A stretch of DNA of 64,000 nt, taken from Eledone cirrhosa (lineage: Eukaryota). The translations under genes were made by a program, and so were the position numbers. The notes beneath the pieces are model-generated. The model had not been told where the DNA came from, made no database searches, and saw only the letters and a list, made by a program, of their open reading frames with translations. Location of the stretch: assembly GCA_964016885.1 (NCBI GenBank), contig OZ024761.1, positions 18,600,001 through 18,664,000 of the forward strand, in the 5' to 3' direction. The stretch's first letter is position 1. The number at the start of each line of letters is the position of its first letter. This document shows positions 57,619 through 64,000 of this stretch, piece by piece.

Positions 57619-58305
57619 GAGAGTTGGCTGAAAAGTTCATGGGCTGACTATGGAGTGATGCTAAAGTTTTGAAAAACTTTCATGTATTAATTTCAACTCT
57701 TATTAATAATTGTTTCTACTTTTGGCACAAGGCCAGCAATTATCCAAGTGTATTACTGGTACTTTATTTTATCGAACCTGTAAGGATGAAAGGCAAAGTT
57801 AGACTCGGCAAATAATAACTGAAATGTTTCTTTGCAAGGACTATGTTGAAAAATAAACTTCATTTGGTTATTTCATGAGAGTATCTTGGTCAACCTAATA
57901 TTTATTGTACTGTGTTTTTCTTGTGTATTGTTTATTTTTTTTCTTATGTAATACATAGTATGTAGGTTATGGAATATCTTCTTCTTGGCTATCATTTCTA
58001 GCAGGTCCAACAACCACCTATAGCCATCTGTTCCTTCAGTCCCCTATCATTGATTGGTGACAAGAGTTTATAAACAAATATATTATTTAAGGACTTTGAT
58101 AGTTTTCTGAGTTGTGAACCGGGTGGGGAGTGATGGGGGTGAAACTGTGATAGAAGGGGGCGGCCCGGTAGAGGGGGAGGTCATGAAACCGTGATAGAGG
58201 GGGAGCGGTCAGGGTAGGTGGGGAGTGAAACTGATAGATGGGGGCTGTGTGGGGAGGGGGGAGGGGAGAAATTGGGTTCACATGAAGGTTATAAATACAG
58301 GGGCA

Positions 58306-58446
<141 letters not shown>

Positions 58447-59324
58447 AGGCACATGGCTTAGTGGTTAGAGCACCAGCCTTGCAATCGAAAGGTTGTGAGT
58501 TCAATTCTCAGACCGGGTGATGTGTTGTTTCCTTGAGCAAGACACTTTATTTCACATTGCTCCAGTTTACTCAGCTGTAGAAATGAGATGATAGGAACTG
58601 GGGTCCCTATCATTCCACTGCAAAGTGGTCGTGGAGGTGCCACGGCAAAAAAGCACTCACTGTAAATGAGGTTGGTGTTAGGAAGGGCATCCAGCTGTAG
58701 AAATCAAGCCAGCATCAGTTCCCGTCCCACCCTTGCAAGCAGGGAAAAAGCGGATGTAAAAAAAAAAAAAAAAAAAATGAAATGATATATATATATATAT
58801 TTTTGTTGAGTTTTTTTGGGAATGTTATGACTGTTGTTTCTTGTAAACAGCTTTTTGTCTCATCCTGCCATCACTAGCGTGCGTCCATGTGTGTTTTATT
58901 ATTTCAAGTCTACACGCTGTCGTTTGGCTGCTTTTAATTCCCCTCCGGCATTTTAGCAGTAGAGATCTAGTTAATGTGTTGAGCACTAATGAAGATCGAT
59001 CCCAACTGTGACTAACGCCACTGAAAAGTTTCGTGAAATAGTCTTTTAAGACTATATAGTGCATTTGTAGTTTCCCCCAAATTGACTGTTAAGTATTTCT
59101 TCTTGATTTTATTTTGTTAAGAGTTAAGATTATGCTGCTTTTTCCCCAACTTACTCAAAGTCTGAGGATAAAGTTTTTCTTCTTGATTTGTTTTAAATTA
59201 AGATTGTATTACTTTTCCCACATCTTACATTAAACATTTTTCATCTTGATGTAATAGTCACTTATATGTCTGAATTATTGTCGGCATTTTGCTTACATTA
59301 ATTTCTCTATTTTCATTTATATAT

Positions 59325-61164
59325 ATCATCATCAGGTTTAACGTCCGTGTTCCACGCTTGCATGGGTTTGGACGGGGGTTTTCCCACTTGAGGCAAGAGT
59401 GGTTGTCTTGCTCGCATAGGACTGTCTGGCGGGTTTTCTACAGCTGGATGCCCTTCCTAACACCAACCACATTTACAGTGTGGGGCTGGGAGGTTTTTAC
59501 CGTGTTGCCTACACAGCCACATTTACAGCGTGGACCGTGTGTTTTTTTGTCGTGACACCTACACGATCTCATTTGTTTCGGCCTGGATGTTGTGGGACCA
59601 ACATAACTTTACATTGAAAGGGGCGGTGTGGATGGGGTGGAGGTGGTGGGACGGGGGTGTGTTTTGATAGAGATGCCTACTGACTGTAGTAGGTTTTTAC
59701 TTTGTATTTAGGTAAGGCGGGTCTTCTCTATTACTGAGTACCGCCAAAGGTCTCGGTCCAGTGACATTGTCTTGGAGAGGTGTAAGCGTGTGAGGTCGGA
59801 ATTTATCATGTCGTCCCAGGTTTTTCTGGGTCTGCCTACTCCGTGGCTACCGTCTATTTTTATTGCCCTGCACTTTGTTATACAGCTGTCGTCTTTCATG
59901 CGCATCACGTGACTGTACCAACGTAGCCTTCTCTCGAGTAAACAACATCTGATCCCTCTTATTTCTAATTTTTTCCTTAGTTCGTTTATGCTTAGCCGTT
60001 CACGTATATTACTATTGCACATCCAGCGGAGCATGCAAGCTTCGTTCCTCTCTAGTCTGCGTATATCCTCTGCACACAATGCCCAGGTCTCACTGCCATG
60101 CAGCATTGCTGTTCGTATGCAGGCATCGTATAACCTGCCTTTCATTTTTAGGGAGAACCCTCTAGCGGCTAATAGTGGTATAAGCTCTCTGAACTTTTTC
60201 CATCCAGTTCTGACTCTAGCTACTGTACTTTCAGAGCACCCTCCCCCACTGCTGATTTTGTCATCCAGGTAACGGAAGCTGTCCACTATTTCTATAGAAC
60301 CCTCTGCGCAATTGAAAGAGCTAGTATTTTGGGGCACTTGCTGCTACTTATTGCACCAGAGCACCGGCCACATGTAAAATCTATGTTCTTAGTTAGCTTA
60401 CCTGTGATCCCACTACATCTTTTATGCACCCATACTTTGCATTGGGGACATAAAATGGAGTTTCTACCTATGCCTTTCCTACACACTGAGCATGGCCATT
60501 TCCCGGAAGGGACCGCCGCCTTATTTTCTTTCCTACAAACTAGAACTTTAGTCTTAGCCAGGTTAATTTTAAGGCCTTTTGATTCTAGGCCGTGCTTCCA
60601 TGTTTGGAATTTCTTCTCTAGTTCGGTCATTGATTCAGCTATGAGCGTTAGATCATCTGCGTATAGGAATTCCCATGGGCAGCCGGTCTTGAACTCCTCT
60701 GTTATAGCCTGAAGGGCAATAATAAATAGTAGGGGGCTAAGAACAGAGCCCTGATGGACTCCAACTTTTACGCTAAACTCTTCACTATATTCGTTGTTAA
60801 TTCTAACCTTGCTGACTGTTTCTTTATACATGGCTTGTATAGCTCTCACAAGCCATTCGTCAACACCTAGTTTTCTAAGAGCCCACCAGATAATGGAACG
60901 GGGGACTCTGTCGAAGGCTTTCTCCAAGTCAACAAAAGCTAAGTATAGGGGTTTACTTTTAGCTAGGTACTTCTCCTGTAGTTGTCGTACAATGAAAAGA
61001 GCGTCTGTGGTACTTTTGCCTGACACAAACCCGAACTGCATTTCATCTAATCTCTCTGATTAGTTGCGCTATTACTTTTTCCGTGACCTTCATGACCTGG
61101 TCGATTAATTTAATGCCTCTATAGTTACACCTATCTAGGGCATCTCCTTTACCCTTGTAACAGT
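59325..61164 (-). mobile_element. 5'-truncated RTE-clade LINE with frameshifted reverse transcriptase and 3' UTR tail
   Basis: NYRGIKL, QFGFVSGKSTTDALF, AFVDLEKAFDRVP, GVHQGSVLSPLLF, YADDL, FRYL, MLHGSETW, RRLRWYSHVMRM, GRPRKTW. Frame breaks near 61042 and 60330. Ends in GGACGTTAAACC(TGA)n. Confidence 0.92.
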
Positions 61165-61213
61165 TAATATATATATATATGTGTGTGTGTGTATATAAGT
61201 ATATATATATATA

Positions 61214-61299
<86 letters not shown>

Positions 61300-61379
61300 C
61301 ATATATGTATATAAGTATATATATATGTGTGTGTGTGTATATATATATATATACATATATGTATATAAGTATGTATATA

Positions 61380-61429
<50 letters not shown>

Positions 61430-61469
61430 TGTATATAAGTATGTATATATATATATATATATAAGTATG

Positions 61470-61503
<34 letters not shown>

Positions 61504-62439
61504 TATATATGTATATATATATATGTATATATGTATATATATATATATCCGGGAGAGATGACCCCTTAGCCTTTGTCAAGGCAGAATTCTAGGAGAAGGA
61601 AAACTCTGATATAACACCTGCAACCCTGATGGTATCCAATGATGTTGACTTGTTCTTCTTTTTGGTAAATATCATCTTGATTAAGAGAGTGGGACTGGCT
61701 TTGTGCAGTCCCTTTGCTCACTATAAAAGCTTCACGGCACAGGCATTGCTTTATATCTGGAGATCTCTCTGCACTTGTCATCACATGGTACCATGGGCCC
61801 AGCACTATGTGTCAATAATTGTCACAGGTGTAGTGTTTGTACCAGAGTTTTCATGTCGCAGGCTGGACTAAAAAGTCACTCGTTCAGCGCATCGGTAGGG
61901 GTTCTCCTACATGGATATAAAGTAGTGGCCGTACTCGAAAACGAGTTGGCAGCCACCATATATATATATATATATACATGTATATAAGTATATATATATA
62001 CATATATGTATATAAGTATATATATATATACATATATGTATATAAGTATATATATATATATACATATATGTATATAAGTATATATATATATAGATATATG
62101 TATATAAGTATATATATATATATATACTTATATGTATATAAGTATATATATATATATACATATATGTATATAAGTATATATATATATATACATAGATGTA
62201 TATAAGTATATATATATATACATATATGTATATAAATATATATATATATATATGTATATAAGTATATATATATATATATGTGTGTGTATAAATATATTGT
62301 ATATATATGTGCATATAAATATATATATATATATATTAACAATCCTGTTGATACACAACCCTTAATAGATAGATAAGGATACATGAGATAGATAAAGAAA
62401 TAGATTGATGGCTATGGATACATAAATAGAGAGGTAGAT

Positions 62440-63010
62440 AGATATATTTCTTTATTAGCCACAAGGGCGCACAAGAAAAGGGGACAATTACAGAGAGGTA
62501 GATAGATATATTTCTTTATTAGCCACAGGGGCACAAAAGAAGGGGACAAATACAAAGGGGGAAGTTTACATACAATAAAAACGTGTAAAATGTTATCACA
62601 GATGGAATTTAAAAGTTAGTCGATTTTCCCTAATAGAGGGAGACAGTTTATATGGGTAACACATACCCCCCAAAAAAAATGTGCAACCCTCATCTCCAGG
62701 AGTACGAAGAGCTTGTACTCCTTTCCTCTCCTCCTCCTTTTCCTCAACCTACAGGCTGATATAGAGAGAAGGCCCATTCACTCGGGCCATTCTCGCCACT
62801 TTCACCCACCTTTCATAAAACTTGCTGGGGTACAGCACCTCTCTCTCCATCCTGATTCTTCTTCCAAAGTGGTATTTGAAAAAAAAAATCAGTTGTTGGC
62901 CGGAGAGAAAGGTGTCTGACCTCAGCCCTTTCAACCTTGTCCACCATACAACCTCTTTCGCCATAGCTATCACACAAAGGAAAACCGCCTCTCCTTCGTT
63001 TTTGAAGGAG
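62440..63010 (-). mobile_element. Tx1/L1-like LINE 3' end; related fragment at about 750-1460 (-)
   Basis: C-terminal peptide AKEVVWWTRLKG...FFKYHF.RRIRMEREVL...F.ERWV, shared with the minus strand of about 900-1180; both end in GTGGC.AATAAAGAAATATATC. Confidence 0.6.
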
Positions 63011-63300
63011 GGTGGCGGTTTGATCATAGATAGATAGAGAGAGAGAGAGAAATGGAAAAGATAGATAGGAAAAGGATAAAGAAATAGATCGACATCTAAA
63101 TAGATATGGAGATAGATAAATAAATAGAGGGATAGATTAGACGACATTCAAACTCAGAACCTTAATAATGTCGCCCCCTTCTCACTTCCCCATCCACACA
63201 GCCCCTTTATGACTTCACATAGTAGTCATCGATAAATTTTCTAAAGAATGTTCTCTTCAATCACTGCACACATCTCACTTAACCCAGTTTCTACAAACAC

Positions 63301-63490
63301 ACGAGGTTCGGCTGGAAAGTTCATAAGTTCACTATGAAGGAATGATGCTAGGGCTGTGAAATCTTGCATGCATTAATTCCAACTCTTCTTATCAATAATA
63401 ACCGCATTGTTTCTATCCAGGGACTGTGTTGATAATTAAACCTCATTTGGTAATTCCATGAGAGTATCTTGGTCAGCTTATGTACTTTGT
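63301..63490. mobile_element. Tc1/mariner-type MITE; other copies at about 30780-30962, 33480-33555, 57620-57900
   Basis: CGAGGTTCGGCTGGAAAGTTCATA...GTCAGCTTATGTACTTT termini and a shared internal sequence. Confidence 0.6.
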
Positions 63491-64000
63491 GTGTGTGTGT
63501 ATGTGTATGTGTACACACACACACAAATATATACATATATGTCAATACTGGAATTGAATAATCATGATTATAGCGGTATGTCATACATCAAATCATATAT
63601 TTTGTCTGATGAAAACGTACTTAAACAACATGAAATATGTATAATAAAGTATATATTTTGATTATGTGAATATTTTTCATATGTTAACATTTTGAATAAT
63701 ATATATAAATATATATATATAATATATATATATATATAAAGTGGATTTTGTCGATTTCGGATTTACAGAAACCTAGCGGGGATATTATAGATTATATGTG
63801 ATGTATATTATATGGTATATATTATGTATTGTGTATGATGTCGACGCAATGGTCCAGGTTAGTCAAAAATTTTTCCTGAGTTCAGTCTTTTTCATCGCTA
63901 TGGTCACTGCGGCCCGTCTATCGGTCGTTGTCTTCAATTTGCAAAGCTGTCTGAACGTAATGTTATAACTCTAGGGTTATATACCCTATTGAGTGCTCAG

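Noticed and set aside
58800-59290. Unique-looking CpG-containing patch as a possible promoter or exon of a further gene
   Set aside because: No recognisable coding signal or convincing splice-site pair.
63830-64000. Short minus-strand reading frame (LCKLKTTTDRRAAVTIAMKKTELRKNF) at the window edge
   Set aside because: Too short and unrecognised; cannot be assigned without flanking sequence.

Overview
AT-rich, microsatellite- and transposon-dense animal genomic DNA; the SINE/LINE/MITE repertoire looks like a coleoid cephalopod such as Octopus (inference). Four spliced or single-exon protein genes can be reconstructed with phase-consistent GT-AG junctions: PHF12 (minus strand, 9 coding exons from ATG at 16531, running off the left edge), DNAJC24/DPH4 (minus, single coding exon), RPAIN (plus, 7 exons, 238 aa) and beta-glucuronidase GUSB (plus, 12 exons, 648 aa). 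A tRNA-Asp(GTC) lies in a PHF12 intron. Introns carry tRNA-derived SINEs, RTE, CR1 and Tx1-like LINE fragments, piggyBac, hAT and mariner MITEs, a Helitron and many minisatellites. The most notable non-genic signal is a set of about ten hammerhead-ribozyme-like motifs (CUGANGA...GAAA...NUH) of the Penelope-element type from several families, many in fold-back form. One 331-bp near-perfect palindrome (23420-23750) encodes a hammerhead core on each strand. Other observations: local tandem duplications of splice sites, of an RPAIN exon and of the GUSB start region; a candidate 32-nt poison exon in PHF12; and apparent compensating frameshifts in PHF12 exon 7. All folds were paired by hand and most repeat boundaries are approximate.
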